A DNA stretch of 64,000 bases from Vicinamibacteria bacterium (lineage in GTDB: Bacteria; Acidobacteriota; Vicinamibacteria; Marinacidobacterales; Marinacidobacteraceae). The translations under genes and the position numbers were made by a program. Shown here piece after piece: positions 49,683 through 58,307 of this stretch (the stretch's first letter is position 1; each line of letters starts with the position of its first letter). The notes below the pieces were generated by a model. The model made no database searches. It saw only the letters and a program-made list of their open reading frames with translations, and was not told the DNA's origin. The DNA is taken from assembly GCA_965199715.1 (NCBI GenBank), contig OZ241322.1:1376001-1440000 (forward strand), in the 5' to 3' direction.

Positions 49683-51137
49683 TCAACCGGGCGTCAGCGC
49701 CCGCTTCACGACATCGTGCACCCGCGTCGCCGACCCGAGTCCGGCCGCGCCCTCGGAGCCCGGCCCGAAACCGATGAGCGGCACCGGCTCGTTCGTGTGC
49801 CCTCCGGTGGACCAGACGACCCGGATGTAGGGCGCGAGGGCCCGCGCCGCGAGCGCGGTCCGGATCGATCCCGAGTCCGCGTAGAAGCCGGCGAAGTCGC
49901 GGGTCGCCGGAGGATCCCGGTTGAGCTGTCCGGCGAGATCGGCCGCCTCCTCGTCGGTCAGGCGGACGCCGGTCGCGGTCTCGAGCGCGTCGGCGAGCTC
50001 GGGCGCGGCGAACGGCCGGTCGAGGTCGGCGAGGGTCTCGACCAGCGACCGGCGCGCCGAGGCGATCCGGTCGAGGTGCTCGCCGACGCCCATCGCCGGC
50101 CCCCGGAACGCCCCGGCGTAGTCCCATTCCACGAAGTCCGGGACCGGATCCGGGTCGCCCGCGGCGTAGCTGAGCGAAAAGCCGCCGGTCCCGTGGTCGG
50201 CGGTGACGAGGACGAGCGTGTCGCCGCGCTCCCGGGCGAAGTCGCCGGCCGCCCGGATCGCCTCGTCGAAGTCGAGGATTTCGGGCAGCATCGCCCCGGC
50301 GTCGTTGTCGTGGCCGGCGTAGTCGATGCGCCCGCCCTCCACCATGAGGAAGAACTGCCGGTCGGAGAGCGCGTCGAGCGCCGCCCGGGTCATGTCGGCG
50401 AGGGTCGGCACCGTCTCGTCGAGCCCGTCCCACGTGCGGTCGAGCACGAAGGGAAGGTGGCCGGACGCGAAGACGCCGAGAAGCCGCTCGCCCTCGGCCG
50501 CCGCGAGCGCGGCCCGGTCGCCCACGACCTCGTACCCGGCCTCGCGCGCCTCGGCGATCAGGTTGCGCCCGTCCTCGCGGCGCGAGTCCCCGTCGATCGC
50601 GACCCCGGGAACGTGGTCCGAGACGCGGCTGCCCTCGGGGACCATCACCCGGCCGCCGCCGCCGAGCAACACGTCCACCGGCGGATCGTCGAAGAGCTGG
50701 TCGGCGAGGCCCGGCTCCGGGGTGTAGCGCGAGGTGCTGTGGACGGTGAACGACGCCGGCGTGGCGTGGGTCAGGTTCATGTTCGAGACGAGCCCGGTCG
50801 CGAGGCCCTGTCGCGCCGCCCACTCCATGACCGTCTCCACCGGCTCGCCGGAGACGGCGTTCACGCTGAGCGTGCCGGGCAGCATCCGCTGGCCGGTGGC
50901 CATCTGCGACGCCGCCGCCGCCGAGTCGGTCACGAGGAACCCGCTGGGATCGACGACGGCGTACCCGATGTGGCCGTCGTTCGCGAGTTCGGCCATCGCG
51001 AGCGGCCCGTGCGCCAGCCCGAGCGCGAGATGGTTCATCCCGAAGCCGTCCCCGATGAAGAGGATCACGTTGCGGGGCGGCTCGGGCTGCGCGCAGCTCC
51101 CGAGCGCCATCGCCGCGAGGAGCGCCGCTTTTCTCAT
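49683..51137 (-). CDS. phoA: alkaline phosphatase (PhoA family) lipoprotein
   Basis: ILFIGDG, VTDSAAA, THATPA, VEGGRIDYAGH, VTADH, GHT. Confidence 0.92.
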   Translation of the reverse strand: MRKAALLAAMALGSCAQPEPPRNVILFIGDGFGMNHLALGLAHGPLAMAELANDGHIGYAVVDPSGFLVTDSAAAASQMATGQRMLPGTLSVNAVSGEPVETVMEWAARQGLATGLVSNMNLTHATPASFTVHSTSRYTPEPGLADQLFDDPPVDVLLGGGGRVMVPEGSRVSDHVPGVAIDGDSRREDGRNLIAEAREAGYEVVGDRAALAAAEGERLLGVFASGHLPFVLDRTWDGLDETVPTLADMTRAALDALSDRQFFLMVEGGRIDYAGHDNDAGAMLPEILDFDEAIRAAGDFARERGDTLVLVTADHGTGGFSLSYAAGDPDPVPDFVEWDYAGAFRGPAMGVGEHLDRIASARRSLVETLADLDRPFAAPELADALETATGVRLTDEEAADLAGQLNRDPPATRDFAGFYADSGSIRTALAARALAPYIRVVWSTGGHTNEPVPLIGFGPGSEGAAGLGSATRVHDVVKRALTPG

Positions 51138-51177
51138 GGGGCGGGGAGCTTACGCGGGCGGGGCCGATAATGCGGTC

Positions 51178-51708
51178 GTGCCCCCCGTCTCGATTCGCCC
51201 CGCCATCGAAACGGACGCCCCCCGGATCGCGGAGATCTACGCGCACCACGTGCTCCACGGCGTCGCCACGTTCGAGGAGATCCCGCCCGAACCCGAGGAG
51301 ATGGCCCGGCGGATGCGCGAGATCCGGGCGGCCGGGTATCCCTGGCTCGTCGCCGAGGAAGGGGGCCAGATCGTCGGATTCGCCTACGCCGGCGTCCACA
51401 AGGCGCGGGCGGCCTACCGCTACACGGTGGAGGACTCGATCTACCTGGCGGCGGACCGGCTCGGCCGCGGGATCGGCTCGGCGCTGCTCGGCCGGCTCAT
51501 CGAGGTCTGCGACGACGGCGGGTTCGCCCGGATGATCGCGATCATCGGGGGCGGCGAGAACGCCGCCTCGATCGCGCTCCATCGGAAGCACGGATTCGAG
51601 GTCACGGGCCGCGTGGACGGGATCGGGTTCAAGTTCGGGCGGTTCGTGGACGTCGTGTACATGATCCGGGCGCTCTCGGGCGAACCGAATCGATCCGGCG
51701 TGCGTTAG
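51178..51708 (+). CDS. GNAT N-acetyltransferase (phosphinothricin/MnaT-like)
   Basis: ATFEEIPP, AYRYTVEDSIY, GRGIG, NAASIALH, GFKFGRFVDV. Confidence 0.9.
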   Translation: MPPVSIRPAIETDAPRIAEIYAHHVLHGVATFEEIPPEPEEMARRMREIRAAGYPWLVAEEGGQIVGFAYAGVHKARAAYRYTVEDSIYLAADRLGRGIGSALLGRLIEVCDDGGFARMIAIIGGGENAASIALHRKHGFEVTGRVDGIGFKFGRFVDVVYMIRALSGEPNRSGVR

Positions 51709-51710
51709 GG

Positions 51711-51743
51711 CTTCCGGGGCGGACGTGCGTCCGCCGCCGGAAG
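51711..51743. promoter_or_regulatory. 14-bp GC-rich hairpin between the GNAT gene and the next operon
   Basis: CTTCCGG-GGCGGAC gtgc GTCCGCC-g-CCGGAAG; no U tract. Confidence 0.5.
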
Positions 51744-51754
51744 GAAGCCGCAGC

Positions 51755-53467
51755 GTGACCCGGAAGTTCCGATTTCGCTTGTCACGGGCCGGCGAGACGA
51801 CCCCCGAGCCCGACCCGTTCCCCCCGATTCCGGAACCGGCGCTCACCGAAGAGGAGCGCGCGCTCGCCGAGACCGAGGCGCTGCGGGGCGTGCCGGCCTT
51901 GTCCGCGACGACTCCCTCTCCGGGCGAACGCCGGGTGGAGGGCCGCTTCCGGCAGGCGATGGCGGCGATCCAGTCGGCCGCGACCGCCGCGCTCACCGAG
52001 CTCGGAGCGCGGCTCTCAGAGTCGCGCCACGAGGCGAACCGGCTCGAGGCCGACGCGGCGCGGGAACGGGAGCGCGTCCGGTCGCTCGCGAACGTGGACG
52101 CGGCGTGCCAGCGTCTCGACAACCGCTACCGGCGCTCGCGCGCGGCGGCTAGCGAGCTCGCCGGCTTCCGCCGGGCGCGGGGCATTCCGGACCACGTGAA
52201 CCCGCGCCCCCGGTCGCGCGGCTGGATCTGGCTGCTGCTGATCGTCTCGCTCGCCGAGACCTCGGCCAACGGGATCCTCCTCCACAGCGCCTCGACCGAG
52301 GGCGTCCTCGCGAACTGGCTCTTCGCCGGGCTGGTCACGGCGATGAACGTGGGCCTTCTGGGCTGGCTGGTCGGCGACCTCATCGCCCGGCGGATGCTCG
52401 GCGCGACCCCCGGCCGGACGTGGCTGCTCGCCGGGGCGCTCGCGCCGTGCCTCCTGCTCGCCGGACTCCTCCACTTCGGGTTCGCGCACTACCGGGACGC
52501 GGTTTCGGCGCTCGATTCCTCCCAGTCGGCCGCGATCCTCGACCTCGACGACATCGACGCCGGCGCGACCGAAGCGGAGCCGCAGCCGACCATCTCGGTC
52601 GAGGAGGCGGTGGTCGGCGAGCTGCGGGCGCAGTTCCTGTGGTGGACTCCGGGCGCCGAGTTCGGCGGTCCGCCCCGCATGGTTCCCGCCGGGAACGTCG
52701 GATACCGGGCCGAGAACGGCGGCCTCGTCCGCGTGGAGGACGCGCTCGCCGGCCGGTTCGACGGCTGGCGCTCGGTGCTGCTCGCCGGGGTCGGGTTCGC
52801 GGCGCTCCTGCTCGCGGGGTGGAAGTGGTTCGGCGGGCGCGAGCCGATCCCGCACTTCGCCCGCCTCCACGAGGCGCGGGAGGCGGCGGCGCGGGCGCTC
52901 GAGCGCGAGTACGAGGCCGCGGTCAGGACGCTGGAGGAAGCGGAGCGCGGACACCTCGAGCGGCTCGCCGAAGCGGAGCGGGCGCTCGTCGCGCTCGGCG
53001 GCGCGTGCGAGAAGCTGGACGCGAGCCGACGCGAGACGCTGGCGAAGGAGGCGGAGCGGCTCCTGCGGATCGCCGAGGCCGGGGTCGTCGCGGTCGAGGA
53101 CTACCGCGAGGCGAACCGCCAGCGGCGGCTCACGAGCGACCCGACTCCGGCGTTCTGGGAATCGCCGTGGGGACCGGACGTCACCGCCCGGAATCCCGAC
53201 GAGGACGCCCGCTGGCGCCAGCACGTCGGCGAGCACCATTCGCTCGTGATGGCGACGGCGGAACGCGCGCGCCAGGCGGACGCCGCGCACGGGCCGGTGG
53301 TCGCCGAAGCGTTCGCGCAAGCGCGGGAACGGCTCGGTCAGGCGGCGCGGATTCCGGGCGCCCGCCGCCGGCCGCCGACGGGAAAGCCGCCGGCCCCGCC
53401 GCCCGACTTCCGGCTCGTCCCCGGCGGAAACCCCGAGCGCCGGCTGGAGGCCGCGCCCCGGGCGTGA
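51755..53467 (+). CDS. hypothetical membrane protein, about 4 TM helices flanked by long helical/coiled-coil regions
   Basis: Long ORF with hydrophobic segments (WIWLLLIVSL, WLFAGLVTAMNVGLL, WLLAGALAPCLLL, VLLAGVGFAALLL); alternative start at 51725. Confidence 0.75.
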   Translation: MTRKFRFRLSRAGETTPEPDPFPPIPEPALTEEERALAETEALRGVPALSATTPSPGERRVEGRFRQAMAAIQSAATAALTELGARLSESRHEANRLEADAARERERVRSLANVDAACQRLDNRYRRSRAAASELAGFRRARGIPDHVNPRPRSRGWIWLLLIVSLAETSANGILLHSASTEGVLANWLFAGLVTAMNVGLLGWLVGDLIARRMLGATPGRTWLLAGALAPCLLLAGLLHFGFAHYRDAVSALDSSQSAAILDLDDIDAGATEAEPQPTISVEEAVVGELRAQFLWWTPGAEFGGPPRMVPAGNVGYRAENGGLVRVEDALAGRFDGWRSVLLAGVGFAALLLAGWKWFGGREPIPHFARLHEAREAAARALEREYEAAVRTLEEAERGHLERLAEAERALVALGGACEKLDASRRETLAKEAERLLRIAEAGVVAVEDYREANRQRRLTSDPTPAFWESPWGPDVTARNPDEDARWRQHVGEHHSLVMATAERARQADAAHGPVVAEAFAQARERLGQAARIPGARRRPPTGKPPAPPPDFRLVPGGNPERRLEAAPRA

Positions 53468-54195
53468 GGAGCCTTGCGCTCGCCGGGGCGCTTGGCCTCG
53501 CCGCTTGTTCCGGTGGAACCGACCCGTGCGCCGACTGGCCGGCGGGCCGTCCCGCCCGGACCGTCGTCGTCGTCATGGACGCGACCGACGGGCTCTCGCG
53601 CCCGCAGCGCGAGGACATGTGGAGCCGCATCCGGCCGGTCGCCGAAGACGCCCCCGCCGGATCGCGGTTCCATCTCTTCGAGGTCGGCGACGAAGCGCGC
53701 CTCGCCGCGTCGATCCAGCGTCCGCCGCACGCCTGCGAGGTGAGCCACTGGAACGACAACCCGGATCAGCGCCGGGCGCAGTGGGCGAACAGCTACCTGC
53801 GCCCGCTCCGGGACGCGCTCGGGGCGCTGTCGCGCGCGGCCCCGAGCGACTCCTCGCCCATCGCCCAGGCCGTCCACGCCGCCGCCCGCCGCTTCGACGA
53901 CGCGCCCGAAGCGGAGCGACGACTGATCCTCGTGTCGGACCTCATCCAGAACGCGCGCGCCGACTTCTACCGGGGCGTGCCCGACTTCGCCCGGTTCCGC
54001 GAATCCGCGCTTTTCGGTGACGTGCGCACCCGGCTCCTCGAAGGCGCGACGGTGACGGTCATGCAGCTCCCGCCCCAGCGCGACGGCCTCGCGGACGAGG
54101 CGGCGTTGCGGCGCTTCTGGACGGACTACTTCGCGGATCAGGGCGCGGAAGCGGAATTCGTCCGGTTGGAAGGCCCCCGCGCCAGCCAGTCCTGA
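53464..54195 (+). CDS. vWA-like domain lipoprotein
   Basis: Lipobox LAAC; VVVVMDATD, SPIAQA, LILVSDLIQN resemble vWA strands/MIDAS; GTGA overlap. Confidence 0.7.
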   Translation: MRSLALAGALGLAACSGGTDPCADWPAGRPARTVVVVMDATDGLSRPQREDMWSRIRPVAEDAPAGSRFHLFEVGDEARLAASIQRPPHACEVSHWNDNPDQRRAQWANSYLRPLRDALGALSRAAPSDSSPIAQAVHAAARRFDDAPEAERRLILVSDLIQNARADFYRGVPDFARFRESALFGDVRTRLLEGATVTVMQLPPQRDGLADEAALRRFWTDYFADQGAEAEFVRLEGPRASQS

Positions 54196-54914
54196 ACGTC
54201 GTCCGCCGCCGTCGCGAGTCCGGCGCGGATCAAATGGCGGTTCGCCTCGATGTCCAGGCACGCGAACGGCCGACCCTGCCGGCGGGCCTCCCGCAGGGCA
54301 TGCATCGCGCCGCCGTGCGCACCGGTCTCGATCACGAGGACGGCGTCCGAGAGCCCGCTCTGGAGGCGGTCCCGCTCCACGAAGGCGTACCCGCGCGGCG
54401 GAGTCCCGATCGGGTACTCGCTGACGAGGGCGCCGCCGCGCTCCAGCAGCCGTTCCGCGAGCGCGGGAATCTTCCGGTCGAGGCCGTGGGCGAGCACCGC
54501 GACCCCGACTCCGCCGGCCTCGAGGCAGCCCTCGTGCGCGTGCGTGTCGCATCCTCGCGCCAGGCCGCTCACGATCACTTGTCCCGCCCGCGCCGCCGAA
54601 CGCGCGTACTCGGCTGCGGCGACGCGCCCGGCCGGAGTCGGGCTTCGCGTCCCGACGACCGCCAGGCCCGCCGGAGACCGAAGCGCCGCCGGGTCGCCGC
54701 GCACGAACAGGACTGCGGGCGGGTCGGGAATGTCCCGCAGGCGCTCCGATTAGTCCGGGTCCGGGAACGAAACGGCCCGCACGCCCATGTCCCGGCTGCA
54801 GCGCAGCAGCGCGTCGGCTTCCGTCCGAGCCGGATCCCCTTCGTTCGGCGCTCGATGGAGAAGGCGCAGCGCCGTCCGCCGGCCGACTCCGCGCCGCCGC
54901 ATCAACGCCACCAA
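54138..54914 (-). pseudogene. DprA/Smf-family protein with an internal stop
   Basis: GVGRRT...FPDPD*SERLRDIPDPPAVLFVRG...AVVGTR, VSGLARGCD, LVSEYP, RDRLQSGLS; in-frame TAA at 54750-54752. Confidence 0.82.
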
Positions 54915-54934
54915 CGCGACAGTGGCCCCCGTCG

Positions 54935-55357
54935 CTACTGCGGGCAGTGCTCCTCGCACCACGACTCCAGCTCCCGCAGGAACTCCCCCGCCAGCGACTC
55001 GGCGTTCATCCGCGCCATGTCCCGCGGGCCGTCGATCCCGATGATCAGATGGATCTCCCCGTCGAGCTGCATCGCGCCGACGACGCGCCACGACTCGTAC
55101 ACCCGCTCCTGCTCGGTGAGGCCGGGCCCCGCGACATCGAGGTAGCCGAACTGCATCATCCGGGTGCTGCGGCTGACCTGGAAGTCGGTGAGCCGCAGGT
55201 TCAGGTCCGCCGACTCGCGGTCCGGGACGAGGACGAAGTCGCGCTCGTCCTCCAGCATGGCGCGGATCGCCTCGGTGACGTCCACGAGCGGCAGCTCCGC
55301 GTCCGGCGGCGGCGGGGCGAGCCAGATCGAGACCGCCGCGGCGAGGAGCCAACCCAT
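54935..55357 (-). CDS. hypothetical exported protein
   Basis: Signal peptide MGWLLAAAVSIWLA; resembles 47739-48236. Confidence 0.65.
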   Translation of the reverse strand: MGWLLAAAVSIWLAPPPPDAELPLVDVTEAIRAMLEDERDFVLVPDRESADLNLRLTDFQVSRSTRMMQFGYLDVAGPGLTEQERVYESWRVVGAMQLDGEIHLIIGIDGPRDMARMNAESLAGEFLRELESWCEEHCPQ

Positions 55358-55385
55358 GCGATCCGATGGTACGGCGGTTCGGCCC

Positions 55386-56240
55386 TCAGCTTCCAGCGCG
55401 ACCCAGCCGCCGGAGCAGGTCGTCCTGGAGCCCCGGCCGCGGCGCATGGCACCAGCGCACCGGCCGCCCCCCATCGGCGGGAATGAGCGCGCCGCCCCGC
55501 ACGACGACGGCCTCGGGCGCGCAGTCGAGAAGGTCCGGAGCGACGACCGAAGCCACCGCGTAGGAGTCGAACGGATACGTCGCCCGCACGCCGGTGCGCT
55601 CCTCGAACCAGTCGAGATAGTCCTCTATCGGGCCGCGGAAGACCCGGGCGAACGGCGCGTCCCACAGGCGACTCCAGTCGGCCTCGGTCACCGGCGCGCG
55701 CACCGCGAACTCGAACGGGACGAGGGTGATCGGGGCGCCAGTCCCGAGCACCGTCGCCACGGCGTCGGGGTCGAGGTCAAAATTGAAGTCGCCGTATTCC
55801 TCGTCGCCGCCCGGAAACCGCAGCGGCCCGCGCCGACCCACGACCAGAACCACCCGTTCGAGCCGGGCCGCGAGCTCGGGCTCCTCCTGAAGCGCGGTCG
55901 CGAGGTTCGTGGCCGGTCCCAGCAGGAACACCGTGAGCGGCCGTTCCCGCGACGCGGCGGCGAGCGCCCGGGAGGCCGGCGTCGGTTCCCGCGACGCGGA
56001 CGCGGCCCCGGCGTGGACGGAAAGGCCGGCCGGGCCGTATTCCGCTGCGATGCGCCGCGCGATCGGGAGCCCGGTCTCGAACGGCGCGTTGCCGAAGACC
56101 ACGCTGACTCCGGCGATCTCGAGTTCGGGCGAGCGGAACGCCTGCACCATCGCGACCCCGTCGTCGGGCTCGTGTCCGCCCCGCATCACCGCGGGATCCA
56201 CGTCGATCCACGCCCAAACGGCGAGCAGGACGAGCGTCAG
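55386..56240 (-). CDS. nucleoside hydrolase (IU-NH family); probable CTG start
   Basis: WIDVDP...DDG, VFGNA, LGPATNLA, DFNFDLDPDA, FD. Confidence 0.85.
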   Translation of the reverse strand: MTLVLLAVWAWIDVDPAVMRGGHEPDDGVAMVQAFRSPELEIAGVSVVFGNAPFETGLPIARRIAAEYGPAGLSVHAGAASASREPTPASRALAAASRERPLTVFLLGPATNLATALQEEPELAARLERVVLVVGRRGPLRFPGGDEEYGDFNFDLDPDAVATVLGTGAPITLVPFEFAVRAPVTEADWSRLWDAPFARVFRGPIEDYLDWFEERTGVRATYPFDSYAVASVVAPDLLDCAPEAVVVRGGALIPADGGRPVRWCHAPRPGLQDDLLRRLGRAGS

Positions 56241-56407
56241 GCCGGGAAGGTCTCCGCGAGACGCTGGCCGATGTACCACGGCCAGATCACGATCGCGAAG
56301 AACCCCTGCCGGAAGCCGAGGTCCACGAACCCGATGGTGAACAGCCACCCGGTCATCCAGATGCTGAAGCCGAGGCTGCTCTGTTCGATCTTGATGCGTT
56401 CGCTCAT
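56237..56407 (-). CDS. small membrane protein (56 aa)
   Basis: MSERIKIEQSSLGFSIWMTGWLFTIGFVDLGFRQGFFAIVIWPWYIGQRLAETFPA; ATGA overlap, GAGGAG RBS. Confidence 0.7.
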   Translation of the reverse strand: MSERIKIEQSSLGFSIWMTGWLFTIGFVDLGFRQGFFAIVIWPWYIGQRLAETFPA

Positions 56408-58263
56408 GCGGCGTCTCCTCGGTGTTCGGCGGGAGCATCGTAGGGATTCGGGACCCGTCCCGCCAGCAGCGACGGGTAGCCGCCCTTCAGGAATTCCTGC
56501 GCCAGATCGTACGTTCCGTCGTCGTCGTTCCGGCGGATGGCGCGCCGCAGTTCCCGGATGCGCTCCCGGGAGCCGGCGCAGAAGCTCTCGACCAGCGGCA
56601 GGACGTCCACTTCGCGGGCCCCGTCCGCAATGAGCGCCTCGGCGCGGGCGACAGTCGCCACCTGCGCGTAGAGCTCGGCTCCGAAGTCCACGAAGCGCCC
56701 GAGCTGCACCTGCCGCTTCTCGAGCGCGGGGCCGTGGCGCGCCATCGCGTGGAAGAGGCTGCGAGCGAGGCGGCGGCTCGACCTCGCGACGTAGCGCAGG
56801 CGCCGCCGCGCCCACGGGGCGCCGCCGGGCGGAGCGCCCGCGGGAAGCCACTGCTTGAGGTACCACGGGACGTAGAAGCCCGCCGCCTTCACCGCCGCGC
56901 CGACCCGCTTCGCCATCGGGATCGACGGATGCGTCATGGCGCCGGCCCGCCGCAAGTGCGGATCCAGCACCTCGCGCGAGATGAACAGCCGGAGAATCTC
57001 GCTGGACCCCTCGAAGATGGTGTTGATCCGGTTGTCCCGCAGCGTCCGTTCCGCCGGGAACGGCCGCTCGCCGCGCGCCTCGAGCGAGGCCTCGGTCTCG
57101 TAGCCGCGCCCGCCGAGCACCTGGACCGCCTCGTCGGCGATCCGCCACGCCGCCTCGGAGGAGTACATCTTCGAGATCGCGGCCTCGATCCGGATGTCCG
57201 CGCCGCCGATATCGACGAGCAGCGAGGTGAGCTCGGACATCGCCTCCATGGCGAACGTCGTGGCCGCCATCCGCCCGATCTTGTCGGCGATCGCCGCGTG
57301 GCGACCGATGGGAGACCCCCACTGGACGCGCTCGTTGGCCCACGTCTTCGACATGTAGAGCGACCGCTTGGCCGCTCCGATGCAGATCCCCGGCAGCGTC
57401 AGGCGGCCGGTGTTCAGCGTGGTCAGCGCGACCCGCAGCCCCTTGCCGGGCGGCCCCAGCACGTGGTCGCGCGGAATCCGCACGTTCGTGAACCGCATCA
57501 CGCCGTTGTAGAGAGCCTTCAGGCCCATGAACCGGCAGCGGCGCGCGACCTCCACGCCGGGCCACGCGGCGTCCACGATGAACGTGGTGATCCCGTCCCC
57601 GGTGCGCGCCATGACCACGAGCCAGCGGGCCTTCGTTCCGTTGGTGCACCACAGCTTCTCGCCGTTGAGCAGGTAGCCGTCGTCCGTCAGCGCCGCGTGC
57701 GCCTGCATCCGGGCCGCGTCCGAGCCCACGCTGGTCTCGGTGAGCGCGAACGCCGAAATGTCGCCCGCGGCGACCGCCGGCAGGAACCGCTGCTTCTGCT
57801 CCTCGGTCCCGAACATCAGCACCGGCTGCGCGATGCCGATGGACTGGTGCGCCGAAACGAGCGAGGCGAGGCTGCCGCAGTGGCTCCCGAGCAGCACGGC
57901 CGCCCGCGTGTAGGTGCGCTGCGACAGCCCGAGGCCGCCGTACTTCTCGGGGATCTTGATCCCGAAGGCGCCGAGCCGCCGCAGTCCGGCGAAGACCTCG
58001 TCGGGGATCTCGCCGGTCCGGTCGATCTCGGGCGCGTCCACCTGCTCGAGCAGGAACCGCTCGAGCCGCTCGAGGAATTCCGAACCGCCCGGATCCTCGC
58101 CGGCGTCGGGCCACGGGCGGACCAGATGGAGCGCCGGCCGCCCGAGGAACAGCCCGCCGGCGAAGGTCGGATACCGCCAGCCGGTCTCCCGCGCCGCCTC
58201 GGCCAGCTCGAACGCCGCTCGCTTCCCCGCGCTCATCCGCGACGTGTCGATCGCCGTGCTCAT
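56404..58263 (-). CDS. acyl-CoA dehydrogenase (ACAD9/VLCAD-like)
   Basis: AHQSIG, AFALTE..VGSD, LNGEKLWCTNG, TLNTGR, GGRGY, IFEGSSEI. Confidence 0.93.
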   Translation of the reverse strand: MSTAIDTSRMSAGKRAAFELAEAARETGWRYPTFAGGLFLGRPALHLVRPWPDAGEDPGGSEFLERLERFLLEQVDAPEIDRTGEIPDEVFAGLRRLGAFGIKIPEKYGGLGLSQRTYTRAAVLLGSHCGSLASLVSAHQSIGIAQPVLMFGTEEQKQRFLPAVAAGDISAFALTETSVGSDAARMQAHAALTDDGYLLNGEKLWCTNGTKARWLVVMARTGDGITTFIVDAAWPGVEVARRCRFMGLKALYNGVMRFTNVRIPRDHVLGPPGKGLRVALTTLNTGRLTLPGICIGAAKRSLYMSKTWANERVQWGSPIGRHAAIADKIGRMAATTFAMEAMSELTSLLVDIGGADIRIEAAISKMYSSEAAWRIADEAVQVLGGRGYETEASLEARGERPFPAERTLRDNRINTIFEGSSEILRLFISREVLDPHLRRAGAMTHPSIPMAKRVGAAVKAAGFYVPWYLKQWLPAGAPPGGAPWARRRLRYVARSSRRLARSLFHAMARHGPALEKRQVQLGRFVDFGAELYAQVATVARAEALIADGAREVDVLPLVESFCAGSRERIRELRRAIRRNDDDGTYDLAQEFLKGGYPSLLAGRVPNPYDAPAEHRGDAA

Positions 58264-58307
58264 TTCGTTCCGATTCTACGCGCGGGCGGGGTTGGTATCG
58301 TAGGGAA

